From positions 1 to 64,000 of the forward strand of contig JAAILG010001389.1 in assembly GCA_012026655.1 (NCBI GenBank): a stretch of DNA of 64,000 bases, written 5' to 3'. This document shows, piece by piece, positions 37,985 to 50,779 of this stretch. The position numbers and the translations under genes were made by a program. The notes beneath the pieces were generated by a model. It was not told where the DNA came from, did not search any database, and worked only from the letters and a program-made list of their open reading frames with translations. The stretch's first letter is position 1; the number at the start of each line of letters is the position of its first letter. The stretch is from Hydrolagus affinis (lineage: Eukaryota).

Positions 37985-38170
37985 CATCAGCAACGGCAAC
38001 AGCAAATTACATTTGTATAAAGTAGCGTCTTTCACATCAAGAGGACGTCCCAAGGCGCTGGACAGTCAAGGATTTGGACCTGGGCTGGTGATTGGGATCA
38101 GGAGGGGTGGAGGCCAGCTGGGTAGTGGGAGGACGGAGACCGAAGATGCTGTCGAAGAAGAGGGTCTTGA
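37985..38170 (-). mobile_element. L2 3' tail/UTR fragment
   Basis: (CAA)-like run, TTTCACATCAAGAGGACGTCCCAAGGCGCTGGACA, ...GTCGAAGAAGAGGGTCTTGAG. Confidence 0.7.
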
Positions 38171-41100
38171 GATTGTCACAAACATTTAAATAACTTCAGG
38201 AACGATTTAGCAACAAAGCTGTAATCCTAATGAGACAAAGATAATGACTGGCCTCGCGCTTTGTGAAGCGATGTTAAGAGACATTTCTCTTAAACTTTGT
38301 AAATGTAACCAAATACTAAGCATTACATGTGTACAGCACCGTTCACGTTAGGAGGACATCCCAAGGCACTGAAAATGGCAGGGAATGACAGGAATAAAAA
38401 ACTTGGGTTGATCAAATGGCAGATGGCAAGCTGAAGCATTTAATTGAGCTGCAGGAATTATTTATTGCACAAGGCACTCCTGACAAAAGGTTATTATGGC
38501 CCTCATCACTACAATGTACTAAGCATTTGTTCCCCCCACCCCCAAGTGATGGCTTTGTGAATCAGTCAACCTGTCATTTGATGACATTGTAAACTGAAGC
38601 ACTGAATGACTCTTGTTGTCAAGAGACAGCGGTAGGAATATGAAAACAATTCGTCTGAAATCACATATACAGAATAAATTATATTAAGTAATGCACACCA
38701 TGCAGTTACGTTGACATTTATAAACCACTTTCGCTTTATTTCTTGGGTTTATAATATCATCAGAATCATTATTAGGTTACAATGACAATAGAATCCCGTC
38801 AAAGTGTCTTTCTTTGTAAATGCACTGGGAAATCTGATTTGTCGTATTCGTATAATAATGGGAAAAGTAATCCTTGCATTTGATTTTGAGCCTTTCATGT
38901 CAACAGTATGTCTCAAAGTGTATCAAGGCGTTTACTGTCAAGTGGAGTGACTGTGTTTTTTTCTTTTGCAGGCAAATGTGGCAGATAATTTGCTCACATC
39001 AACGGCCTGCAAATAAATAGCTGTGAAGTGAACGACCAATTCTATCTGGGGGATTGCTGGCCATGACACCGAGAGAAACTCTTTTTTTTCTTTTCAAGAA
39101 GTGCAATGGGATCTTGAAGTTGAATGTCAGGCTGGACTATGAGTTGAAAGCCCTGATGTGACTCAGAGGCATAAGTGCGACCTGCCTAGCTCTAGGTTGG
39201 AAACAGGAAGGTAACATTACAAAATCTACAGAGAGGCAGACTGCTTTAAAAGACTGCTTATATACATCAAGTCCCTCTAACTCTCCAACTCTTCTTCAGC
39301 ATATCTAAGGCTCTGAAAACCTTCCAGTTCCCTTTGATCATTTATTTTGCTTGCATTGGGCTTATGCTTTCTCCAGCAGTCGGTAGGGATGGAAGGACCT
39401 TGTGCTGTTTGCTGGCAATAAAATCCTTGCTACAGGATACTGGAACTGAGGCGAAACAAAATCGCTTCATTGTCACTTTGCATCAACAGAGATGTGACGA
39501 TCATTTGGTTATTGCTGTTGCAGGTGTTCAAACCGTTCAACCACAATGATCCACTCGCACATCAGAAGGAATTGACTCTTGGCTAGAACCATGGTCCGAG
39601 AGCAAAGAGTTTTTGAAGCCACGACCACCAACGCCCAAAACTATACATTTCACAGCAGTGGCAAGTAGGTCAAAGCAACAGTGAAAGTGCATTCAAAGCC
39701 AAACTTTGATTCTTGGTGCAAAAGGCAAATGCTTTGTTTGTGGAGAGAATTCAATGACTCCTTATGGTCCTAATAGTAATAATAGTCCCTGCATTTTTGA
39801 TGCAGCATTTGATATAGAGCCTTATCGAGACATCTCAGAAGATCTTAAGTGCACCAAGCTTTACTGTAAAGAGGGCAGTGATATCCTTTCAACAGGTTTC
39901 TGGCAGTAAGTGGATAGGAATGTCATTACAGTGGGAATCACATTCCATTAAGTCGCATGCTGAGTGAATTGGGATCCAAATATTCTCACCAACCGCACTG
40001 TTTCACCGCATTGCAGTTCATTAGAAGTGGGATCGAGAATGATAGATGTGCTTATTGACTGTCTAATCTAACTGAAGGGTTTGATCGTGTCAAAAATCAT
40101 AAAGCAAGACTTTGAGCAGCCCAATGAGTTCAATAGAACCGAGTGATTTAATCACAACCTTTCAGTTTCCTTCAGCAGATTTATTTTTTTATTGTGAAGA
40201 AGCAATTTTTCTTTCAATCATAAGCCGAACTTGCTGAAGGTGGCTAAGGACTGTTGCAGTGGCAATAGTGACCGATAGTGAGGCAAAAATGAAAAGTCTT
40301 AACATTCTTCATATGAGCTTTAAATGTGGGGAGGGAAGGGGTGAGAAGGAGAGGAGACAGAGAGACTCAAAGGCTTTTGATTCTCAAAGAGCGAGAGAAT
40401 GGCTAAAAGCTTGTCCACCAATGCTGGGGCTGGTGTGTCAGAAAGGGAGACATATAATGAATAAAAAGATGAATAAAACTGATTGTGTGATGAACAGCTA
40501 AAATAACCCAACAGGTTTGGCAGTGATTTTGCTTCAGTGGTTGCAGTCTGTCATATGAAGGGGGTGGTGTGGGGGTGGGGGGTGGAGTGGGGTTGGGTGG
40601 GGGGAAGTTGTGTGTGTTTTTATTCTTCAACAGTAATAATTATCACATCACATACATTTTGCATCCCACCCAACGCTTTGGGATGTCCTCCCGATATAAA
40701 AGGCGCTCTAATTTTTTGTTGTTGTATAAATGTAATTTTGTTGTTGTTGTTGATTCAATTTCTCTTTTGGGACAAGATATAAAGCATCTCTTTTTGCGGT
40801 TTGACTCAATGCCCTTTAGTACATGTATGTTCAGACAAAGTGTAACATGGCAGAGCAACAAGAGACGGATATTCATCAATGTGCTGAAGAAATCAGGGTC
40901 TCTGAAGAAGAACTTATTTTCAATATCAGCATGGTTTCAACTCCAGTCTTACACTGTTGGTGGGACTGTTTGTGGGACACTGTTGTACCAAATTGGTCCG
41001 TTTCGCCCACATCTTGCATGAAACGAGGTGCAAGTTTGAATATATTATTCAATTGGGTATCATCACACAGTGTTGCACTGTTATACAGGTTAAGATTTCA

Positions 41101-44006
41101 TCATCAGGACAGGAATTAGCGCTAACAGATGATGGGAGTCTTCTTTTCCACTACGAGGGTGAAAAAAAACATTTTATTTGACAGCCGATAAATTAATAAC
41201 GAATGTTTCGCTATCACTGTTGTCATGTTTGGTGACTTTCTCCTCCCCTCTCCCTCCCTTAATAATAATAGAAATAATAAAAAATAATGATCCTTGCATT
41301 TGATATAGTGCTTTTCATGTCTTCTAGACGTCGCAAATATAATCTACTGTAAAGTGGATATTTGTGGGAAAAATGCAGCAGCGAATTGCGCATAGCAGTG
41401 TAAACGTCTCTCATTCTCTAACAGTGAATGAGCCAAACAGTGCTTGAGTATCAAGCAAAAGCCATCAGGGAGACAGTGGTTCTTAAGATAACTGCTATTG
41501 AAGCTGAATGGATGACAATATCAACAGATTGACCGTGGCTATGCATTGCCAACAGCTGCTACTTCGAAGATAGTCTGAGCATATTCAACAAGTGAGGTAG
41601 GATTCAATCCCTCGTCTATTAACTGGATAAAATGGGTCTCACTCTCTATTCAATCCTAATGTAGTTTGGCTCAGGAGAAGCACATAGGTACAAAATCAGA
41701 GTGAAAATATGCTTTTTTTAATGGCAATCCAGCTAAAATAGTTTGCAAGCTAATTCTAAGCAAATGGAATGGAATTAAAACCCGCACTGCCAAGCTTGGG
41801 CAGAAAAAAAAGGACGCATTAAAATAAATAGCAAGGTTCAATTGGAAAATTGCAAATTGCAATGCCTCAAAATGTGTCAATTAACACAAATTATATTCTT
41901 TCATAGCCTTCAAAGCCATAAACAGATATAATTTGAAATTGATCGCTCCCCGTCTTACTCTTTCTGCTGCCCGATGTTAATCAGATTTTTCGTGATTTTT
42001 TTTTAATATACCCATCCTCGTTGTATTTGCTAATCAAATAAAATTAGATTTTGCCCTTTTCATATTTTCTGTTGCCAAACCAGTGCGTCTCCATCTTATT
42101 GATGCGCTACTCAAAAACAATACCTGTTCCCCGCCATGTAAATAAATAAAATGTAAGAACGTTAATATTTTCATGTGAGAGCTCAATTATATTGTTATTA
42201 ACTGTAACATTTCAGATATTTACTCAGGTGTCCTTTGTCAACAGCGAGCTACTTTGAATTATCACAAGTCGCAGTCAATTGGGAATATCCAAAATACGTG
42301 GTAAAATAGCAGTCATGAAAATAATCCTTGCATTTGATAAAGCGCCTTTCACATTGGGAGGGTGTCTCAAAGCATTCCACAGAATTTACTGGAAAGTGCA
42401 GTGACTGTGTATTTTGTAGGCGAACACACGGAAAGGGAAAAGGCTATTTGACTCATCAAAGGAGTTCATTCCAAACAGCATTGTGCGCTTACTCTTGTCG
42501 TCTACTCCATTTCTAACTTCTTTCTTGAAGAGAAACAGAGACATGAAGTAATGGTCTGGGTGAACTCCTTTTGTTTCCTATTTCACCCACTTACGAATTT
42601 GGAAAAAAAACACAATCTCTCAAAGCCCAGTTCAATAATAATAATAATCTTTGCATTTGATGTAGCGCTTTTCACGTCTTCTAGACGTCTCAAAGCACTT
42701 CAGAGAATACACTGTAAAGTGTAAGTGGCCATTTTGATTTTAATATGGTGTCCTCACTGAACCACTGTCCAAATATGTTTACATAGTTCTATAGCTCACT
42801 CACATCTAGAAAGATTATTATTACTGCATTAGTACTAGTAGTATTCATATTATTATCATTATCATCCTAACAATGTATCGTCTAATTCACTCCATAAGCC
42901 AACCTTGTATTTGCACAGTTTTGTTCGATGCAGATTCACATTAATCGGGACCCTTAAGAGATGAGCAATTCACAACATATTTCCACTTGGTATTATTCTC
43001 AACTCAAATTGTGTGTCAATTGAACTGCAATTGGCCGCATTCCAGTGCCGATTAAAAATATATATATATTTTATATCAAATCTAATATTTCATATTACCA
43101 GCCTCCATATGTGTTGGCCACTTGTTACGAGTTATTGGCTAACGCTCATTTTCGTCTTAATGTTCTGCCATTAAGTTTTCAGATCCCATGTTTTTTAAAA
43201 TCTAACTGTTATCTGCACGAAACGTCAGCCGTTCTGGTTTGAGAACACGGCTACATTTCATTAACTTTTAGCAGATCACATTTATTTCCATGTTACGTCA
43301 TTTAACTTTACATTGTTGGATGGTGACTTTCCACAAATCCTTCTCTTTTGGCTTAGCCCTCTTACCACCTTGCCACCCTCAGCCTCCGTTAACAATAATA
43401 TCATGCAACTAACTCATTTCCTCACAGGTAGTTTTCTGCGTCTCAAAGAATCACCCTCGATCACAAACCACTATCTCTCTCCACCCACGCCCCGTTTGTT
43501 CAATTTGCCTCAAGTTTCAACATCTAATTTCAGGGACATGACTTTGCGATATTGCTGTGATCTGACTGACAGCTTGAATGAGTGTGAATGGCCATCACCC
43601 AGCAAATCACCCAGAACGTCAGTGCAGATGAGGATTTGAACCTGCCACCTTCCAGAATCCGACATCCTGCCATCAGAAGGAGATTGCATTTGGTCGACTA
43701 CAGAAAATGAAAACTTTTTACATCTCGTTCGTTAGCGGCCTAATTAATTGATAGCAAACGGAAACTGATCAATATGCTGTCCTGGCTTTATTGAACGCTG
43801 CTTCCTTTGCCGCAACGGTTTGTTAATTTCAAACAAAATTGCATTATATGACACTCAATACCCAATAACCATTCAAGCCAAGCTGGAACATGGCAGAGAA
43901 CCAAAACAGCCATTCATTAACACACAGATTAGTGTTAGATTCCTTCGGAAATTGAAACAAACACCAAAGTGTCTCAAACATTGTGTACAGTAATCCTAAT
44001 GCCTGC

Positions 44007-44075
44007 TCATCATCAGTGAAATAATGTGCTATGTACAATACCTTTGTACATGGCACATTATTTCACTGATGATGA
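44007..44075 (+). repeat. Near-perfect inverted repeat/hairpin (32-bp arms, 5-nt loop)
   Basis: TCATCATCAGTGAAATAATGTGCTATGTACAA-TACCT-TTGTACATGGCACATTATTTCACTGATGATGA; one T.G pair. Confidence 0.95.
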
Positions 44076-44219
44076 AAGGTGACAACAGGTGACTGAGGTG
44101 CCCAAGCTGACAATGTTGGCTGGACAATTAAGTTAGGGAATGGGAGCCGAGGGGAAGGGAGGAGATGGGGAATGGTGGGGGAAGATGACTGAAAGCCTGA
44201 CCAAAGAGATTGAGAGTTC

Positions 44220-44495
44220 TGAGAGTTGTTATGATCTGGAATGCATTGCCTGATAGGGTGGTGGAAGCAGATTCGATAATAACTTTCAAAAGGGAATTAG
44301 ACAAGTACTGTACTTTGAAAGGGGAAAAAAAATTGCAGGACTATGGTTTAAGAGTGGGGGAGTGTGACTAGCTGGTAGTGCTTTCAAATGGTTTCCAACT
44401 AGTCCCACTCTTTCAAAGAGCTACTTACTAGTTCCATTCAGCAAAGGCCCGATGGACTGAATGGCCTCCTTCTGTTGAAAATTATATGATTCTTC
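44220..44495 (+). mobile_element. CR1 (shark HER1-like) LINE 3' end
   Basis: RVVMIWNALPDRVVEADSIITFKRELDKY, then GATGGACTGAATGGCCTCCTTCTGT...ATGATTCT. Confidence 0.85.
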
Positions 44496-45719
44496 AGAAG
44501 CTTTCTTGAATCAGGGAAGTGGAGGAGTGAGTTGAACGGGCTAAATGCCCCCACAGTGCATTGCTATTAGCGCAAGGTCACTAATGCCTTTCAAATGCAG
44601 TTACTTTTAAGTGTAAAAAAAACAACAGGTTAACTGCATTGCTCTGTTATGAATCCACATGGCTGAGTTGGATTTACACAGCAGCGCTAGCTATCCATTG
44701 AAGGCCAAAACACTCTCAATCAACAATGGACCAACTACAGGACAAATTCTGGTTGACCCAGCTCCTTAGCAATGATGAGTTCAGAATTCGCCCCATCTCC
44801 CCAATGGCTAACAGCATTCAGAGAGACACTTGTCGCCATTTCCAAGTTATCTCTTACTATTTTCCCAATACTGTGCTGATGCCCATCATTAAAAATATAA
44901 AAGGAACTCCAGTTTAATTATATTAATGGGCGAGCTGACGGGACATTGCCTGTAGTAATCAGCTTTGATTCCGAGGCAGCTGTGCAGACTTACTCATGCC
45001 AGATGTCCGCCAGGCCAAATGACGTGACAATCATGTGAGTTTTGGCTTTGCGATCAGTTCCGATGGCAGTAATTGTAGGTCTGAACGTCTGACTAACCTC
45101 AAGGGCAATCTGACCGGAGTTTAATCTGGCAAATACCTTCAAAATTCAGCTGCGAGAAAAACGCGTTTCCTAGTTAAACACAAATAAAAACTGATCAAAT
45201 GGAAACTGAACATTGATTAATGGAATTTTGCTTTGAGTTCAGGGCTGAGTTCCTGCAATGCTGAATTGTAAATTCTCTGTATTTCGCAATGATTACAACA
45301 GGGGCTGCATAGAACCAAACAATTCAATGCCTTACAGAGTCATTCACATCAGGAATCACATCACATCAAACTATTTGGAAGAAAACGTATTGACTGCCCA
45401 TTAAATTGGCTTCCAAGTTCATCAACAAAATACACAGATACTACACTGTCCAGTAAAATCCTGCAAAATACTTTGATACATCCTCCTGAAGGGAAAGCCA
45501 TCATATCAAATGTAAGGACAACTCAAATCATCAACTCAGTGGCAGAAATGATGTACCAGCCTGCGAATGGCCTTCTCCATAAATCCAAGGCAGACAGTAA
45601 ACTGGGAGTCCGAGCTCTCTCATTGATTGGGATGTCCGCAAAAATCTTTCATTAGATTATTAATCAATATTTCACTCCGAGAAAGGCATTATTCCTCATT
45701 TAAATAAGGAATAACACAA

Positions 45720-46032
45720 GAGAGAGGACCTGGGTTTGATTCCCAAGTTTCCTTACCCCACTTCACACGCCTCTGTTTATCAAGCAGTAAGTTGTTCGTC
45801 GATTGGTGGACTGCTTCCGTGGGTAATAATCTTATATACATTTTTAAAAATTTGATTTAGACATTCAATCCACGACTGTTAGAGGGACGTGGCTTTAGGC
45901 AATTGGCTGCCTTGTTTCACCACAAAATACACAGACACTAGTACTATACTGAGTATCCTGTGAAGCACTTTGAGACATCTCAAAGGCATGATAATATGCT
46001 ATATCAAATGCAAGGATTATTATTATTATTAT
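45720..46032 (+). mobile_element. tRNA-derived SINE, long subfamily, partial head
   Basis: CACACGCCTCTGTTTATCAAGCAG...GTCGATTGGTGG; tail with (ATT)n. Confidence 0.85.
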
Positions 46033-46800
46033 TAATTATGTGTATGCTCATTATAGGTCTTTAACCACAGAAACCTATCCTGTTCGGCTAGCTCGACAAG
46101 CTACGCTCAATCAGTATGTCTGACAGATAGCAATGGGAGTTTGACGAGAGTGCAGCAAAGAAGCCAAAGAGTTCGAAATCAAATGAAAAGTGAACACAAA
46201 AAAAAGCAATTAAGCAAAGAAAAGTGCACCACGTCAAGTTAGGAGATAAGAGAGAGAGAAGCAGATTCCGGGAATGTCGCTAAATTATAGATAGGCAACT
46301 GCAAATTACAAAATAGAAAAGAATGACACGAATGTGGTAAGTCAGGTACGTGCAGGTTAGAGACAGAGATTAGCACATTTATTTGGTGGCTCGGAAAATT
46401 CAGTCAGAGCTAAATGAAATTATTATTAAGGTATGATTTCAGGTTCACGGTGCCGAAGCGACCTTTTTCAAAGTTCTCAACGTTACAAAGAGAAAAGAAA
46501 AAAAGTGGAAGAGGCCATTTGAGGCTAAAGGACGTTTCATTTTTTTTTTTTTAAATGTGGGTTGAAAATTCCCCCCCCTCCATAACCACATAGCACAAAG
46601 AGACAAAGTCACTATTTAGGGACTGATCGGAGAATTTTTTTTTAAACAAAAATGTTGGCAATGAACGAAACATGCCAAAGGGACACGGAATAGGAACAGA
46701 GGTCAAAATGGGAAAGAAAAGGACACACAAATCAACATGATATAGTCTTGCATTTTATCACAATTATACAATCAGGATCAGGCTGCAAGTCGCTGTTGCA

Positions 46801-47115
46801 ATAATAATAATAATCCTTGCATTTGATACAGCGCTTCCAATGTCTTCTAGAAATCTCAAAGCGCTTCACAGGGTACTGTACACTGTAAAGTGAATTGACT
46901 GTATATTGCGGGCGAAACGTGGCAGTCAACTGTGCACAGCAGCGTCCCACAAACAGTTGTGGATTGAAGTGACAAGTTTATTATTGTTTTTTTTGAGGGA
47001 TTATTATTAGGCGTAGAGAGTAAGGAAACGTGGCTAAGGTTTCGCCCTGCCTGGAATTGAATCCAGGTCTCTCACTTGCAAGGCGAGTGCTCTAACCACT
47101 GAGCTGCAGGACTCC
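46801..47115 (-). mobile_element. tRNA-derived SINE, full length, short subfamily (TGC)
   Basis: Antisense head GGAGTCCTGCAGCTCAGTGGTTAGAGCACTCGCCTTGCAAGTGAG. Confidence 0.94.
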
Positions 47116-47786
47116 CAATTAATTGGGATGAAGCCTGAGATAAAAGAAATACACATAGAATGAAGCTAATATTGGGCTAGACCTTTTTAACAATCTTAAT
47201 CCTTGTGGTTGCTATAGTGCCTTATCATGTCATAAAAACATCTCAAAACTCTTCACAGGATTTACTAAGAAGTGTACTAACAATATATATAGGTGAACAC
47301 AACATATGAACACAGCAATGTCCCCCAAAACCTCCGTGAAGTGCGTGACCAATTTAATCTGGTGGATTGTCAGCAGGTCTTCAGGGGAGAAAAACCATGT
47401 CTTCTCTCTCATTTCTTCTCTCTGTTAAAACTTCAAAGTACTAAAGTGGCCTCTAATTTTTTTTACAATACACGACTATTTAAGGCATTTCCTTCTTCCC
47501 CATTAAGTCTAATTTGGCAATGTTAATTCCTGGAAAACAGTCATTACTACACTGCTTGACTGGGATTTAAGTGCTTCGGGAAACTGCCCTGCATGAAGGG
47601 CAGCTATGCAAATGCAACTTGTTGAGAGAGTGCAAGAAAAACTGCTACATTGAGGCCAACAATGCATGGCTGTGACCACATTAAAGAAGCTGCCAGTAAC
47701 TGCAAAGGATGCTTTAGAAAATTAAATTTTGCAAGTGGCTGTACCATTTTGCCAACAAGATCTGAAGTCAATTCACTTTACAGTTT

Positions 47787-48090
47787 AATAATAAAATAAT
47801 CCTTGCTTTATCCTTTGATATAGCACTTTTCTAGTCTTCTAGACAGAATATACAGTATTGTAAAGTGAATTGACTATATTTTGTGGACGAAATGCAGCAG
47901 CCAATTGCGAACAACAGTGTCCCACAAACAGTTGTGGATTCAGATGACCAATTTGTTATCATTGTTGTTGAGGGATTATGATCAGGTGTGTGGAGAAAGA
48001 AAACTTGCCCATGGTTTTCCCCTGCTGGGTATTGAACCCAGGTCTCTCACTTGCAAGGCAAGTGCTCTAACCACTGAACTACAGGAATCC
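47787..48090 (-). mobile_element. tRNA-derived SINE, full length, short subfamily (TGC)
   Basis: Antisense head, body and tail. Confidence 0.9.
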
Positions 48091-48723
48091 ACTCTACTAT
48101 ATTCTGCAAAGTTGTTTGAGATGTCTCAATGAGATGATACGGCACTATATCAAGGATTATTATCATTACTGTGCTGCAATGGCAAAAATGTTCCAGTTGA
48201 ATACATTCTGTGTGACAACTTCACAAGATCGACAGTCTAGGACATTAGGTATAGGACAAGAGTGAGTCAGCAAGACGAGGCAATCAGAGTTTTACTTATA
48301 AACACTGAGTGCAATAAAGAGGAGGGATATTGGAAGCACATTACTTTATTGCAGTGGCAAACTCTGCAACGTACAGTCATGAATTATAGATGGGCAAAGT
48401 TGGAATAAGCTGCAAGCTTGCAAGACAGCCAAAGGTTCAGAGAATATCATGAAACGTGTGACTAATGCTTGAGTAGTGTTTGTGCTATTACTATTTAGCT
48501 ATTGCATTACAGCTCATAACTCTCTCAAAGCCATCTGTTAGTTTGCCATGATATACACAACATATTAGAATGAAACTTGCGTTGGTTCGCATTTCAAACT
48601 CATAACATTTGCTCAGTAGTAATTACGAGTTTTATGATCACTGTTGCAATTTAGGTTGTGGCTCATTGCTGTGGCTAAATTGGCTGCTGCGTTCGCCTAC
48701 AAAATACACAACCACTGTATCGT

Positions 48724-49027
48724 GGAGTCCTGCAGCAAGCTAGAGAGCTGGGTTCAATGCTCGGCTGGGTGAAACCCTGGGGAAGTTTCCCTACTTCCTT
48801 ATGCCTGATAATAACCCCTCTAAAAAAAATTGAATAGTAATAATTTGGTCATTCAATCCACGACTATTTGTGGAGCACACAGCGCCATACGGCGATTGCC
48901 TACCGCATTTCGCCCACAAATATACAGTCAATTCACTTTATAGTATATTCTGTGAAAAACGTTGAGACTTCTAGAATACGTGAAAAGCGCTATATGAAAT
49001 GTAAGCATTATTCATTATTATTATTGT
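48724..49027 (+). mobile_element. tRNA-derived SINE with a deletion in the head
   Basis: GGAGTCCTGCAGC...GGGTTCAATGC; family body and tail. Confidence 0.88.
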
Positions 49028-49754
49028 TTAGTGCGGTAAAAATCCGGCGAGGCACTCTGTGACAGCCTCCCAACGTGAAAGGCATTATATCAATGAAAGG
49101 AGTTATTATTAATGTTATTATTATTATGTAGTTCATGACACATGTGCAAGGGACTGTCAGGAAGTTGGAAAGCAACATAGATGGACCTTGGGCTTTTTTT
49201 TTGTCTAGAATTTCTAATGTTCTTATTCATTTCAAAACAGTTTTTTTTAAAATAAAACACGAGAAGAAATGATGTCCGAAGGAGCAACTAAGTGATCCTC
49301 AAAGTTAGTGGTATTTTCTCTGAGCCGTGTAAAAGGGAGAGCAGACAGAACAAGAGCCATGGCTAAAAGCCTTTAGCCTGGACGACCAGATGACAGGAAG
49401 TGTCAGCAATGCTAGGAATTGCTTTCCAGTGATAGACTGGAAAATGATACCAGCTCCACTTATTCTAAACAAATCATAAATTATGAATTTTGTAACCATT
49501 AAGCTCACATCAAATTTAGCTCTTGTTCAGACAGGTATAATGGGACCATTGCCACAACCCAGTCCTCACAGTTGCACGATATCACCGGGATGCGGCAAAT
49601 CAAGTCTGAAAACCAGATGCCTTCCCTCCGATACAAATTGAAAGATTAGTTTCAGATGGAAAAGGCTCTTCATTCAGTCAATCTGATCTCATCCTTCCAG
49701 AGGGCCCACCGTATCATCAAACAACCCACCACCAAGCTGCTTTTGAAACTAGCC

Positions 49755-49986
49755 AGGCCAGACGAAACCTTGGGGAAGTTTCCTTACTCCACATGCCTGA
49801 TAGTAATCCCTCAAAAAAAAAATTGGTCACTTCAATCCACGATGGTTTGTGGGACGCTGCTGTGCGCAATTGGCTGCCGTGTTTCACCCACAAATATAAG
49901 TCAATTCACTTCACAGTATATTCTGTGAAACGCTTTGAGACATCAAGAAGATGTGCAATATCAAACGGAAGGATTATTATTATTAT
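49755..49986 (+). mobile_element. SINE, 5'-truncated
   Basis: Starts near GAAACCTTGGGGAAGTTTCCTTACTCC. Confidence 0.9.
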
Positions 49987-50004
49987 AGTCCCAATATTTT
50001 TACC

Positions 50005-50320
50005 TGAACCAGCCATCCTGGCAAACCCATTCAAGTCGGCCTCCACCACCCTTTCAGGCAATGCATTCCAGATTTGAACAACTCGCTGCGTGAAAAAAAT
50101 TTCTCCTCACCTCCCCTCCGCTTCTTTTAGAAACTATTTTAAATCTGGAGTCACTGTCACACCCACCAGTGGAAACATTTTTTCCCTGTTTACCCTATCG
50201 AATGCCTTCATGATTTTGAAAACCTCTGTTAGGTCTCTTCGTAACCTTCTCTGCTCCAATGAGAATAATCCTAGCCTCTCCAACCTTTCCTCATATCTGA
50301 AGTCCCTCTTTCCTGGTACC
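50005..50320 (-). mobile_element. CR1 LINE ORF2 C-terminal remnant
   Basis: YEERLERLGLFSLEQRRLRRDLTEVFKIMKAFDRVNREKMFPL; downstream FFTQRVVQIWNALPERVVEA. Confidence 0.92.
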
Positions 50321-50551
50321 ATTCAGTCTGTTCCGAAATCATCCTCTTGGTCTGCTTTAGTGTAGTGACTATTGTCCTCTCAGTCTGCTGTCTTGGTGCA
50401 CCTAAATAATTGTCTTAGGTTCCCTTTTTATCAATCCCACTAACTGTGTTCGTCATCGCTAATAAGATTCCCTCAGAAACATCACCATCTCTCAAGACTG
50501 ATAATAGCTGCCTGTGTGACCTCCTGTGAATGAAGCAAGGCCTTCCATTCA

Positions 50552-50779
50552 GCAAGTTTCCTTACTCCACACACCTGATAATAATCCCTCCCAAAAAAGA
50601 TTGGCCATTTCAATCCATGACTGCTCGTGGGACACTGCTGTGCGCAATTGGCTGCCACATTTCGCCCTCCAATATACAATCAATTCACTTTACAGTATAT
50701 TCTGTGAAGCACTTTGAGACATCTAGAAGTCGTGATTAGCGCTAAATCAAATACAAGGATTATTATTATTATTATTATT
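50552..50779 (+). mobile_element. SINE, 5'-truncated, flanked by 66-bp direct repeats
   Basis: Family body and tail; flanks 50488-50553 and 50781-50846 match each other. Confidence 0.92.

Noticed and set aside
43560-43660. Possible MIR/CORE-like SINE relic (antisense B-box GGATTTGAACC)
   Set aside because: Too short and degenerate to call by eye.
47045-47115. Possible tRNA-Ala/Val genes in the SINE heads
   Set aside because: No proper acceptor stem, and each runs straight into SINE body sequence; these are SINE heads, not tRNA genes.
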